NCBI GenBank assembly: GCA_964501785.1
Contig: CAZCUD010000002.1
Location: forward strand, 197,836 to 261,835
Origin: an uncultured Bifidobacteriaceae bacterium
Lineage (GTDB): Bacteria; Actinomycetota; Acidimicrobiia; IMCC26256; PALSA-555
DNA: 64,000 bases
Direction: 5' to 3'
Each line of letters begins with the position of its first letter. Position 1 is the first letter of the stretch. The notes beneath the pieces were generated by a model, which did no database searches, was not told the DNA's origin, and was given only the letters and a program-made list of their open reading frames with translations. Shown here piece after piece: positions 9,772 to 18,236 of the stretch. The position numbers and the translations under genes are program-made.

Positions 9772-9779
9772 GCGCGGGC

Positions 9780-9796
9780 GACTACGGTTCGTAGTA
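9780..9796. promoter_or_regulatory. BlaI-type box GACTAC-N5-GTAGTA
   Basis: Upstream of the TlpA gene; contains TACGGT (TANNNT -10). Confidence 0.75.
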
Positions 9797-9823
9797 GCAG
9801 CATCGGGAGTTGCGGCGGCGATC

Positions 9824-10372
9824 ATGCGACGACGGTGGGCGGTGCTCGTCGGTGGGCTGGCGCTCGCCGGCCTCGTGATCGCTGGGGTCGTGCTGTCGCT
9901 CGACGAGGTTTCCAGCGATCGTCCCTCTGCGCCGCGCGTCGGGGGTGGCCTGGGGTCGGTCCCCGACGTCGTGCTCGAGGATCTTCGCGACTCGGCGGGC
10001 ACGGTGTCGCTCGGCGAGCTTCGGGGTCGACCATTGGTGGTGAACTTCTTCGCGTCGTGGTGTGCGCCGTGTCGCCGGGAGATGCCCGCGTTCCAAGCTG
10101 TCCACGAGGACACCGCGGGTGTGGTGCGGTTCCTCGGCATCGACAACCAGGACATCCGCGGCGATGGCTTGGCGTTGGTGCGCGAGACGGGGGTCGAGTT
10201 CCGTCTGGGTTTCGATCCTGAGGGTGACGCGGCCCGCGCGTTCGGCGTGTTGGGCATGCCCACGACGGTGTTCGTCTCCGCGGACGGCGAGATGCTCGAG
10301 CGTGTGTCGGGTGAGATGTCGGAGACGGATCTTCGCGAGACGATCCGTCGCTTGTTCGGCGTCGACTCCTAG
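9824..10372 (+). CDS. TlpA/ResA family thiol-disulfide oxidoreductase
   Basis: N-terminal TM anchor, VNFFASWCAPCRREMP and GMPTTVF (cis-Pro loop). Confidence 0.92.
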   Translation: MRRRWAVLVGGLALAGLVIAGVVLSLDEVSSDRPSAPRVGGGLGSVPDVVLEDLRDSAGTVSLGELRGRPLVVNFFASWCAPCRREMPAFQAVHEDTAGVVRFLGIDNQDIRGDGLALVRETGVEFRLGFDPEGDAARAFGVLGMPTTVFVSADGEMLERVSGEMSETDLRETIRRLFGVDS

Positions 10373-10992
10373 CCGGGCGGCCGAGTGCGGTAGTCGCGCT
10401 CGTTGCGTTCGGCGCGGGTGCGGCCCGCGAGCACGTCGGCGAGGATGTCGTCCAGGGTCGTCGGGCCGACGGCTCCCACGACCTTGGCCATCACCACCCC
10501 GTTCGGCGCGACGACGTAGGTCTCGGGAACGCCGCGGACGCCGTAGTCGATGGCGGCGCGGCTGTCCGGATCGACCGCTTGGGGGAACGTGAGCCCGAAC
10601 TCGGTGCGGAACTGCCGGGCCGCGTCGGTCGAGTCGTTCCACACGATGCCGATAACCGTGGCACCGTCGGTGGCATGGCGCACCTGGAACGACTCGAGAC
10701 GGGGTGCCTCCTCGCGGCACGGCACGCACCACGACGCCCAGAAGTTGACGACCACTGGGCGACCGACGTAGTCCGAGAGTCGGACGCGTCCGCCGTCGAG
10801 TCCCGGGAGGTCGAAGTCGGGGGCCGGCTTGCCGATGAGGGGTGAGTCGGAGAGGCGGGCATCGTCACCCAGCTGAAGCGCGAACACAGTGCCGAACACA
10901 CCGATGAGCACCACGGCGGTGGTGAGGGCGATCCAGCGAATCGGGTGGCGCGTCGGCGCCGCGACAGGCGATGGAGTGGCTGTCGTGGTCAT
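10369..10992 (-). CDS. TlpA/ResA family thiol-disulfide oxidoreductase
   Basis: [23 protein letters not shown] and GVPETYV. Confidence 0.92.
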   Translation of the reverse strand: MTTTATPSPVAAPTRHPIRWIALTTAVVLIGVFGTVFALQLGDDARLSDSPLIGKPAPDFDLPGLDGGRVRLSDYVGRPVVVNFWASWCVPCREEAPRLESFQVRHATDGATVIGIVWNDSTDAARQFRTEFGLTFPQAVDPDSRAAIDYGVRGVPETYVVAPNGVVMAKVVGAVGPTTLDDILADVLAGRTRAERNERDYRTRPPG

Positions 10993-11717
10993 ACCGGGGG
11001 CCAGCCAAGGCGGGCGAACTCGCGCTGGAGCGGGATGAAGAGACGTAGCCATGCGCCGGTGACGAACAGCATGCCGACCGCGACCAGGAAGACGCCGCCG
11101 ACGATCTCGACCTGCCGCGCGTTGCGTCGCAACCATCCGAGCGCGCCCCTCGCGCGCGCGAACCCGAGTGCGAGCGCAATGAACGGGACGCCCAAGCCAA
11201 GGGCGTAGAGCGCGAGCAGGATCGCGCCCCACGCGACCGTCTCTGTCGCCGCCGCGATCGTGAGAAGGCTGGCGAGCACTGGGCCGATGCAGGGCACCCA
11301 ACCGAAGGCAAACGCCATGCCGACCGGGAACGCCGACCGAGGCCCGCGGGCGAAGCGCCCGAGATCGAGGCGTCGTTCTCGTTCGAGCCACGGCACCCGC
11401 ACCGCACCGATAGTGGCCAGTCCGACGAGGATGAGGACGAGTCCCGCGACTCGAGTGATCTCGGGGAGGTTCCGGATCAGGACCGCGCCGATCAGCGCCG
11501 TCGAGGCGCCGAGCGCGGTGAAGACGAGCGTGAATCCTGCCACGAACAGCAGCGCCGCGCGCAGCGTCACACGGCGTGCGTGCTGCGCGTCGAGCTCGGC
11601 GACCGGCAGCCCCGACACGAACGATAGATAGCTCGGCACCAGCGGGATGCAGCACGGCGAGGTGAAGGAGATCATGCCGGCCGCGAACGCGGCGACCGGG
11701 AGCGTCAACCACGCCAT
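10989..11717 (-). CDS. ccdA: cytochrome c biogenesis / disulfide transport protein CcdA
   Basis: SFTSPCCIPLVPSYL and AFGWVPCIGPVL conserved Cys motifs; 6 TM segments. Confidence 0.92.
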   Translation of the reverse strand: MAWLTLPVAAFAAGMISFTSPCCIPLVPSYLSFVSGLPVAELDAQHARRVTLRAALLFVAGFTLVFTALGASTALIGAVLIRNLPEITRVAGLVLILVGLATIGAVRVPWLERERRLDLGRFARGPRSAFPVGMAFAFGWVPCIGPVLASLLTIAAATETVAWGAILLALYALGLGVPFIALALGFARARGALGWLRRNARQVEIVGGVFLVAVGMLFVTGAWLRLFIPLQREFARLGWPPV

Positions 11718-11719
11718 CA

Positions 11720-11736
11720 AACGACGCAGCGTAGTA
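11720..11736. promoter_or_regulatory. BlaI-type box AACGAC-N5-GTAGTA
   Basis: 2 nt from the ccdA ATG. Confidence 0.75.
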
Positions 11737-11767
11737 GCATAGGTGCTGGCGTCGCAGATCGCTGTCG

Positions 11768-12718
11768 TCAGCCGCCGCCGCAGCAGCGGGCTGCAACCGC
11801 GGCCGCGACAGCCGGCATGTTGGCAAGGCACTGTGCGAGTGCTGCCACGCCGATCCCGCCGAGCGCGCTCACTCCGATCCACGCCGCGATTCCGCGCGTC
11901 GGCGTCGCGGCGGGAGCCGGACCGGCAAGGGCATCGAGGCGCTCCGCGAGGGCATCGACGTTCTCTAGGCGTGCCCCGGCGGAAGTGGCCGGGGTGACAC
12001 CCCAGGCGGCGGCGAGCAGCGCGCTGCGGAGCGCCGTGCGCCGGGTGCTGTCGGTGCCGGTCGCTTCCTCGTCGGCCCAGCGTTCCAGCGCCACCCGCAG
12101 CACGGCGGTGCTGGTACGGGCACCGGGGAGCTTCCCGAGCAGGCGATCGATGGTGCTGGCGAGCCGCAGGTAGCGGTGATGCCGGTGGCGGAGGTGGCTC
12201 AGCTCGTGGCGCAAGATCGTCTCGAGCTCGGCCGAGGACAATGATTCGACGAGCCGCTCGGAGACCACGATCTGAGCCGCGGGGCGATCGACGCTGTAGG
12301 CGAGAAGCTGGTCGACGGGAATGATCGCGACGTCGTGGCCCGCGACCACCTGGTGCAGGGCGAGCCAGGGCTCGACGTACGCCGCGTGCGGCCCGAGCCG
12401 TGCAGTGGTGCGCCACTGGATCAGAAGCGCGGCGATCAAGACCACGAACACGCTCACCGCTACGGCGGGGACCGTGCCGCCGGCGGGAAGACCAAAGGCC
12501 CGCTGACAGGCTGCTGCCAGCTCGGGCCAGCCCGCGGCGCGGAACGTGCTCGGCAGCAGCGTCGTCATCACCGCCGTCGAGAGGCCCACGAGACCCAGCG
12601 CGAGCGACGTGGCGGTGATACGGGCTCGCAGGGGTGGCAGGAGACGGCGGTTCCATGCGGCGCTGGCACCGGGCAGCCACAGCGCGCTGGCTCCGACCGC
12701 GACCAGGAGCCAGGTCAT
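11768..12718 (-). CDS. M56/M48-family membrane zinc metallopeptidase (BlaR1-like, no penicillin-binding domain)
   Basis: HELSH (HExxH) and ERWAD; ATGA overlap with the upstream BlaI gene; C-terminal CC. Confidence 0.88.
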   Translation of the reverse strand: MTWLLVAVGASALWLPGASAAWNRRLLPPLRARITATSLALGLVGLSTAVMTTLLPSTFRAAGWPELAAACQRAFGLPAGGTVPAVAVSVFVVLIAALLIQWRTTARLGPHAAYVEPWLALHQVVAGHDVAIIPVDQLLAYSVDRPAAQIVVSERLVESLSSAELETILRHELSHLRHRHHRYLRLASTIDRLLGKLPGARTSTAVLRVALERWADEEATGTDSTRRTALRSALLAAAWGVTPATSAGARLENVDALAERLDALAGPAPAATPTRGIAAWIGVSALGGIGVAALAQCLANMPAVAAAVAARCCGGG

Positions 12719-13080
12719 CGCCACGACCTCAGTTGGCGCGCGAGCTCGGCGCGCTCAGCATCCGTGAGCACCGCGACGAGGCCTCCGATTGCTCCCGCAC
12801 GATCGGAAGTCGCGGCCAGGATCTCGGACAGGCGCTCCGCGGTGTACTCGGACCGGCTCTGGAGCGGCCGATACGCGAACGCCCGCCCCGCGCGTTGGCG
12901 CTCGAGAATCCCCTTGTCATACAGGCGCACCAGCACCGTGAGCACGGTGGTGTAAGCCAGCGCGGGGCGTCGGGGCAGACGCCGGTGGACCTCGGTTGGG
13001 GTGTGCCAGCCCTCGTCGTCCCAGAGGATCTCGAGCACCGCGGCTTCGAGCTCGCCGAACCCACGTTGATGCCGCGCCAC
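12715..13080 (-). CDS. BlaI/MecI/CopY family repressor
   Basis: GELEAAVLEILW, LAYTTVLTVLVRLYDKG and GRAFAYRP, as in mycobacterial BlaI. Confidence 0.92.
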   Translation of the reverse strand: MARHQRGFGELEAAVLEILWDDEGWHTPTEVHRRLPRRPALAYTTVLTVLVRLYDKGILERQRAGRAFAYRPLQSRSEYTAERLSEILAATSDRAGAIGGLVAVLTDAERAELARQLRSWR

Positions 13081-13166
13081 GCTCGCTCTCGACTCCTTTG
13101 GATCCACTGCTGCTGAATGCTGGCCGGCAGGGGTTCCGAGGCCGGCCGGGAATCGCGGCCCGACGT

Positions 13167-13183
13167 TACTACGGTGCGTCGTT
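13167..13183. promoter_or_regulatory. BlaI-type box TACTAC-N5-GTCGTT
   Basis: Between the divergent blaI-like gene and copCD; contains TACGGT (-10-like) just before the copCD start. Confidence 0.75.
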
Positions 13184-13184
13184 G

Positions 13185-15272
13185 ATGACATCGCCTGGCG
13201 CGCGTGGGCTTCGACCTGCGGTCACGTTCGCGGTGGCCCTGACGGTGCTCATCCTGGTCGGGTCCGCACCGGCTGGCGCACACGCGACGCTGGTCGACTC
13301 GACGCCCGAGGCGGGCGCGCAGCTCGTCAGCCCGCCGGGCATCGTCGTGTTGCGCTTCGGCGAGCCGCTGATCGAGCAGCTCTCGAGCGCGACGGTGGTC
13401 GACCCAAGCGGTCGGGAGCACACCGCGAGCGCGTCCGCGAGACGGGAGATCCGGATCCGTGTCGCGGCGACCGAGCCCGGGATCTATCGAGTCGAATGGA
13501 CGACGGTCAGTCCGCTCGATGGGCACACGCTTGACGGGAGCTTTCGCTACGGCGTCGGCGTCGATCCCGGTCCCGGGGCCGCCGGCGAGACAGCCGTAAA
13601 GCCGGGCGCGCGGGATCTGGTGCTCGCGGCCGCCCGGGCGCTGGAGTACGCGGGCTTGCTGTTCGCTATTGGCGCACTTGCGCTGATGGGCCTGGTCCGC
13701 GCCGATGCTCGCTTCGCATGGGTTCGCCCGCCGGTGCGGGCGGGCCTGATCGTCGCGCTGGTCGGGGGGGTCGTCATCGTCGCGGGTGAGATGCTCTCGG
13801 CGGGGGTCGGATCGCTCGCAGGAGCCAGCGCGTACTTGGGGACCAGCCAGGGCATCGGCCGGGGCGCCCGGGTCGTGGTCGCGGCGCTCGCCGTGGCGGC
13901 GTGGACCACAGGCCACCGGTGGGCCACCGTCGTACTCGTCGTCGCGGCCGTTGCGCTGCTGAGCGGTGCGGGGCACGCCGCGGCGGCCGATCCGGCATGG
14001 CCCGCGGTGCTGGCCGACGCCGCGCACCTCGGCGCGGCTGGTGTGTGGGCGGGCGGTGCCGCGGCGCTGGTGACGCTGCGGCCACCGGGTGGCTGGCGTG
14101 GTGATCCGGCGGCGATGTTCCTGGCTCGGTTCGCGCCGATGGCGCTGGTCGCGTTCACCGTGACGGTCGCGTTCGGCACCGTACGCGCAGCTCAAGAGCT
14201 CACCGACCCTGGCGATGTCGTGACGACGACGTACGGCAACGTACTGATCGCCAAGCTCGCGCTGGTCGGTGCCATGGTGGGGCTGTCGTTCCGTGCCTGG
14301 CGACGCCGCGCCCGCACCGGGCGCGCTGAAGTCGTGCTCGTTGTCGGCGTCGTGGTCTTGGCGGGCCTGCTCGCTGCGTTCCCGCTCCCGCCCCGGCGAC
14401 TCGCCGACGCCGACGCCGCGCTCGCGCCGCCCGTCGGTGACACGGCCCTTCCCGAGCCCGACGACTTGACGTTCGGCAGCAGCATCGACGAGACGCTGGT
14501 CGCGCTGACCTTGCGCCCCGCGCGACCGGGGCGCAACCGGATCCTCGTATACCTCCAGCCGCTCGACACCGCCGTGAGCGCGATCAGTGCCGCCGTGACC
14601 GTCGACGGGCAGCGACTCGACCTCGACGCTTGCGGGTCGTCGTGTCGCACCACCGCGCTGACGCTCCGCGGTGGCGAGACCGTCGAGCTCGCGCTGCGCG
14701 GCCCCGGCGCGACCGGCACGACGACGTTTGCCATCCCTCCGTTGCCCGCACCCGAGGCCGACGCCGCGCTCGCACGAGTCGACGCACGCATGGCGGCGCT
14801 TCGGAGCCACGAGCTCGACGAGGTGTTCGGGCCAGGTCCGCCGATCGTTCGCTCGCATTGGACGATCGCCGCCCCGGCTCGCCTCCACATCGAGTTCGCC
14901 AACGGCGCCGAGACGATCCGCATCGCCGACACGACTTACCGTCGCGACTTACCCGACGGCCCTTGGACGACGAGCACGAGCCCACGGCTGCAAGTGCCGC
15001 AGTACATCTGGGACGTCCCGATCCGCACGAACGCGCGCATCGTGGGCAGGGAGAACGTCGACGGAATCGATACTCAGGTCGTGTCGTTCGTGGGTGCCGT
15101 TGCGCCCGGGCTGACTCCGATCTGGTACCGGTTGTGGGTCGACCCGAGCGGGCTCGTTCACCGGGCTCAGATGCGCACGACGGGCCATTTCATGGACCGT
15201 GAGTACTCGGGTTTCGATCAGGCCGTCGCGATCGAGCCACCAGTGCAAGTCGGACCGGGCCCGCGCCGGTGA
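13185..15272 (+). CDS. CopC-CopD fusion with extra C-terminal extracytoplasmic domains (last one LolA/LppX-like)
   Basis: Signal peptide then HATLVDSTP...DGHTLDG (CopC); CopD TMs with GHAAA and HLGAAGVWAGG; soluble C-terminal region. Confidence 0.85.
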   Translation: MTSPGARGLRPAVTFAVALTVLILVGSAPAGAHATLVDSTPEAGAQLVSPPGIVVLRFGEPLIEQLSSATVVDPSGREHTASASARREIRIRVAATEPGIYRVEWTTVSPLDGHTLDGSFRYGVGVDPGPGAAGETAVKPGARDLVLAAARALEYAGLLFAIGALALMGLVRADARFAWVRPPVRAGLIVALVGGVVIVAGEMLSAGVGSLAGASAYLGTSQGIGRGARVVVAALAVAAWTTGHRWATVVLVVAAVALLSGAGHAAAADPAWPAVLADAAHLGAAGVWAGGAAALVTLRPPGGWRGDPAAMFLARFAPMALVAFTVTVAFGTVRAAQELTDPGDVVTTTYGNVLIAKLALVGAMVGLSFRAWRRRARTGRAEVVLVVGVVVLAGLLAAFPLPPRRLADADAALAPPVGDTALPEPDDLTFGSSIDETLVALTLRPARPGRNRILVYLQPLDTAVSAISAAVTVDGQRLDLDACGSSCRTTALTLRGGETVELALRGPGATGTTTFAIPPLPAPEADAALARVDARMAALRSHELDEVFGPGPPIVRSHWTIAAPARLHIEFANGAETIRIADTTYRRDLPDGPWTTSTSPRLQVPQYIWDVPIRTNARIVGRENVDGIDTQVVSFVGAVAPGLTPIWYRLWVDPSGLVHRAQMRTTGHFMDREYSGFDQAVAIEPPVQVGPGPRR

Positions 15273-15320
15273 GCGCTGGCGCGCTCTGGCGCACGATTGG
15301 ACCCTGGACCGCACCGATGC

Positions 15321-15337
15321 TACTACGCACCGTAGGA
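15321..15337. promoter_or_regulatory. BlaI-type box TACTAC-N5-GTAGGA
   Basis: Upstream of the 15385-17458 operon. Confidence 0.7.
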
Positions 15338-15384
15338 TGTCGGCTGGCGGTGGGACCGCCCCGGAATCGAAGAGGAGGCGCCCA

Positions 15385-15588
15385 GTGGACGCGATCGTGG
15401 TCTTGCTTCCCGCGTTGGTATGTGGAGCGATGATGGTCGGCTGCGCCGTGATGATGTCGCGCATGCACGGCGGCGCCTCGCACAAGGGTGCCGAGGATTC
15501 GGTGGACCCCGACGAGGTGAAGCGACTTCGTCAGGAGGTCGCGCAGTTGCGTGCCGAACAAGACGAGCGCGTCCCCCACCGCCGGTGA
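15385..15588 (+). CDS. small Met/Cys/His-rich membrane protein with coiled-coil tail
   Basis: GAGGAGG RBS before GTG 15385; LVCGAMMVGCAVMMSRMHGG. Confidence 0.7.
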   Translation: MDAIVVLLPALVCGAMMVGCAVMMSRMHGGASHKGAEDSVDPDEVKRLRQEVAQLRAEQDERVPHRR

Positions 15589-16472
15589 GCGCTCCGCGCC
15601 GACCGCGCCGTGGCCTAGCACGTTGCCGCCGGGGCACCGCGCTCGCTGTCGCGTTCGTCTCCATGCTGGCAGCCGGGACGATCAGCGGGTTCGCGACCGG
15701 CGGCGCGTACGCGCCCACGCGAGACGGCTTCGTCGGCCCGGATCTGCATTCGCTGGTCGTCGCACCCGACGAGCCGTCGCGGCTCTTCGTGGGGGGCCAC
15801 GACGCGGTTGCGACCTCGATCGATGCGGGAGGACGGTGGCGCCCGATCCGCTCGCTCAAACGAGCTGACGCGATGGGCTGGGGATTTGCTGGTGAGACCG
15901 TCTGGGTCAGCGGCCATCCTGGGCTGAACCGCTCGGACGACGGTGGGCGGACCTTCCGGCGCACCAACGCAGGTTTGCCCAACACCGACGTGCACGCGTT
16001 CGGAGCCAGCGGCTCGATCCTCTACGGCGCGTCGCCGGCCGTCGGCGTGTTCGCATCCGCCGACGACGGCCGCACTTGGCAGCTGCGCTCGGGCCGGGCT
16101 GGACAAGGCTTCTTCGGTCGCATGGTCGTGGATCCCACTGATCCCGAGCACGTCCTGGCCGCCGACGCGTCGAACGGGCCGGTGGAGAGCCGCGACGGCG
16201 GGCGCACGTGGTTTCGTCTCGGCGGGCTCGACTCCGCGGTGTGGCTCAGCGCGTCGAGAGACCTCTCGTTCCTCGTCGCGTCGGGGCCGGCTGGGGTTGC
16301 GGCGAGCGCCGACGCGGGCCAGACCTGGAGCCGGTTGGGTATCCCCAAAGCCGCGCTCCTCGTCGAGCTCGAACCCGACCAACCACAGACCATGTACGCG
16401 GCGGCCAACATCGACGAGCGCGCGCGCGTGTGGGTGAGCAACGACGCGGGCGCCACCTGGAAGCGCACCTGA
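15585..16472 (+). CDS. secreted beta-propeller with BNR/Asp-box repeats
   Basis: Six SxDxGxTW-type boxes (SIDAGGRW, SDDGGRTF, SADDGRTW, SRDGGRTW, SADAGQTW, SNDAGATW); DLHSL motif. Confidence 0.85.
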   Translation: MSAPRRPRRGLARCRRGTALAVAFVSMLAAGTISGFATGGAYAPTRDGFVGPDLHSLVVAPDEPSRLFVGGHDAVATSIDAGGRWRPIRSLKRADAMGWGFAGETVWVSGHPGLNRSDDGGRTFRRTNAGLPNTDVHAFGASGSILYGASPAVGVFASADDGRTWQLRSGRAGQGFFGRMVVDPTDPEHVLAADASNGPVESRDGGRTWFRLGGLDSAVWLSASRDLSFLVASGPAGVAASADAGQTWSRLGIPKAALLVELEPDQPQTMYAAANIDERARVWVSNDAGATWKRT

Positions 16473-16477
16473 AGACC

Positions 16478-17458
16478 ATGCGAGGACGACCGATCATGGC
16501 GACGATCGCCGGGTTCGTCGTCGTCATGACCGCGACGGCTCAGAACGAGGTCGCAGCGACCAGCGCCGCGCGCGCCCGGCCGCGCATCGCCGCGGAGTTC
16601 GCCAGCTACGACCGAGCCATTGACCGATCCCAGCGCGTCCTCGTCGGCCTCCTCACCGACGACGGACGAACACTTGCGTTCGGCACGGTGACCTTTCGCT
16701 TCGCGTACCTCGGAACCCCCTCCGACCCGATCCGCAACCCGGAACTGAGCCCGCCCGCGCGCGCGAGTTTCCGGCCGCTACCGGGTGAGACCGCCCAGGG
16801 CACTGGGCCCCGCATCGTCGCCGGTTCGCTGACCACCGGGCTCTACGGCGTCGACGACGCGCGCTTCGATCGCCCCGGGCTCTGGCAGGTCGTCGTCCGC
16901 GGCCGCGTCGACACGCGTCGGTTCAGCGCTCGATCGACGTTCGAAGTCGAGGAACGACCGCAGGTTCCCGCCGAGGGCGACCCTGCTCCCCGAACCGCGC
17001 ACTCCGTCATCGAGACCCCGGGTGTGGACCCAGCAGCGCTTGACTCGCGCGCCGACACACTCGACGGCATCCCCGACCCCGAGCTGCACCGCGAGACGAT
17101 CACCGACGCGCTCGCCGCCGGCCGACCCCTCATGGTCGTCGTCTCCACCCCCACCTACTGCACAAGCCGCTTCTGCGGACCGATCACCGACGCAGTCGAC
17201 GACCTCGCCCTCCGATTCGGAGACCGGATGGCCTTCGTCCACCTCGAGGTCTGGCACGACCACGACGCCGGCATCGTGGGTCCCCCCGCGGCTGACTGGG
17301 CCCGTCCCCGGGGCGGCCGCGATACCGACCTGCGCGAACCCTGGGTTTTCGTCGTCGACACCGCCGGCATCATCCGCGCTCGCTTTGACAACCTCGCCAC
17401 CGAAGTGGAGCTCCGGGGCGCAATCGAAGCGCAACTCGTCACGATAGTCACACCCTGA
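16478..17458 (+). CDS. exported protein with C-terminal thioredoxin-like domain (Cx4C)
   Basis: STPTYCTSRFCGP, FVHLEVW and EPWVFVVD. Confidence 0.7.
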   Translation: MRGRPIMATIAGFVVVMTATAQNEVAATSAARARPRIAAEFASYDRAIDRSQRVLVGLLTDDGRTLAFGTVTFRFAYLGTPSDPIRNPELSPPARASFRPLPGETAQGTGPRIVAGSLTTGLYGVDDARFDRPGLWQVVVRGRVDTRRFSARSTFEVEERPQVPAEGDPAPRTAHSVIETPGVDPAALDSRADTLDGIPDPELHRETITDALAAGRPLMVVVSTPTYCTSRFCGPITDAVDDLALRFGDRMAFVHLEVWHDHDAGIVGPPAADWARPRGGRDTDLREPWVFVVDTAGIIRARFDNLATEVELRGAIEAQLVTIVTP

Positions 17459-17873
17459 GCCGCAGACCGTCCGCCGGCCATCCCGTTCGAGAGCGAGGGA
17501 TCACCGCGGCGCCGCGATCGCGACGGGGCGTACTCCCCGCTCGTTAGAACGTCGGTGTCGCATTGATGGAATTGGTTGACAGCGGTACCGCGCGCGAGCG
17601 GCGGAAGTCGATGCCTGCGACAACGCGTGCGACCGAGTAGAGGCGCGTCGCATCGAGGAACCACGGGCGACCCAGGGACGACGTCTCGCAGCGATGCGCC
17701 GGTCTTTGGCTACTCCCCGCGACGCTTTTACCGGACGCGGGGTCCTGACAGGACAACACCCGCTAGACCCGAGTGGTCTGTCTGAATGGTCGGGAGGGCA
17801 TCGCGTGCCTCGCGATCGTGCTCCGCGAAACATCAGGATCTCGGCTCTCACGAGTAGGAGCGGCTCTTGCAGA

Positions 17874-17894
17874 TATCATCGGTCGATTCCGATG
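17874..17894. promoter_or_regulatory. -10 (TATCAT) plus operator IR CATCGG-N6-CCGATG for ArsR-ATPase operon
   Basis: TANNNT at 17874-17879; perfect 6-bp IR at 17877-17894 overlapping the first ATG. Confidence 0.6.
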
Positions 17895-18236
17895 TATTCG
17901 CGGAAGACCACGATGGGGGCACCGGCGACAGACATCCAGCTGGTCGCGAAGCTGCTGCGCGGGTTCGGTGATCCGCTCCGCTTGGCAATCCTCGACGCCC
18001 TGGCCGACGGCGAGTGTCGCGTCACCGATCTGGTGCACCGGCTGCACAGCTCGCAGGGCAATGTCTCCGGGCACCTGGCCTGCCTTCGGGACTGTGGGCT
18101 CGTGGCCGACCGCCCCGAGGGCCGTCAGACCTTCTATCGAATCGCGGGTCCCGAGGTGGTCGCCGTGCTTCGCGCCGCGGAGCAGCTGCTGAGCGCGCAT
18201 GGTCGGGAGATCGCGCTGTGCGCGAACTACCGCTGA
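17892..18236 (+). CDS. ArsR/SmtB family repressor, CmtR-like
   Basis: FGDPLRLAIL and SGHLACLRDCG plus a C-terminal Cys. Start is 17892 or 17913. Confidence 0.9.
   Translation: MYSRKTTMGAPATDIQLVAKLLRGFGDPLRLAILDALADGECRVTDLVHRLHSSQGNVSGHLACLRDCGLVADRPEGRQTFYRIAGPEVVAVLRAAEQLLSAHGREIALCANYR

Noticed and set aside
12729-14888. 719-aa - strand ORF
   Set aside because: Antisense shadow of copCD with no motifs.
17460-17870. possible small gene or remnant between modules
   Set aside because: No ORF with an RBS or recognisable motif; treated as a cassette seam.
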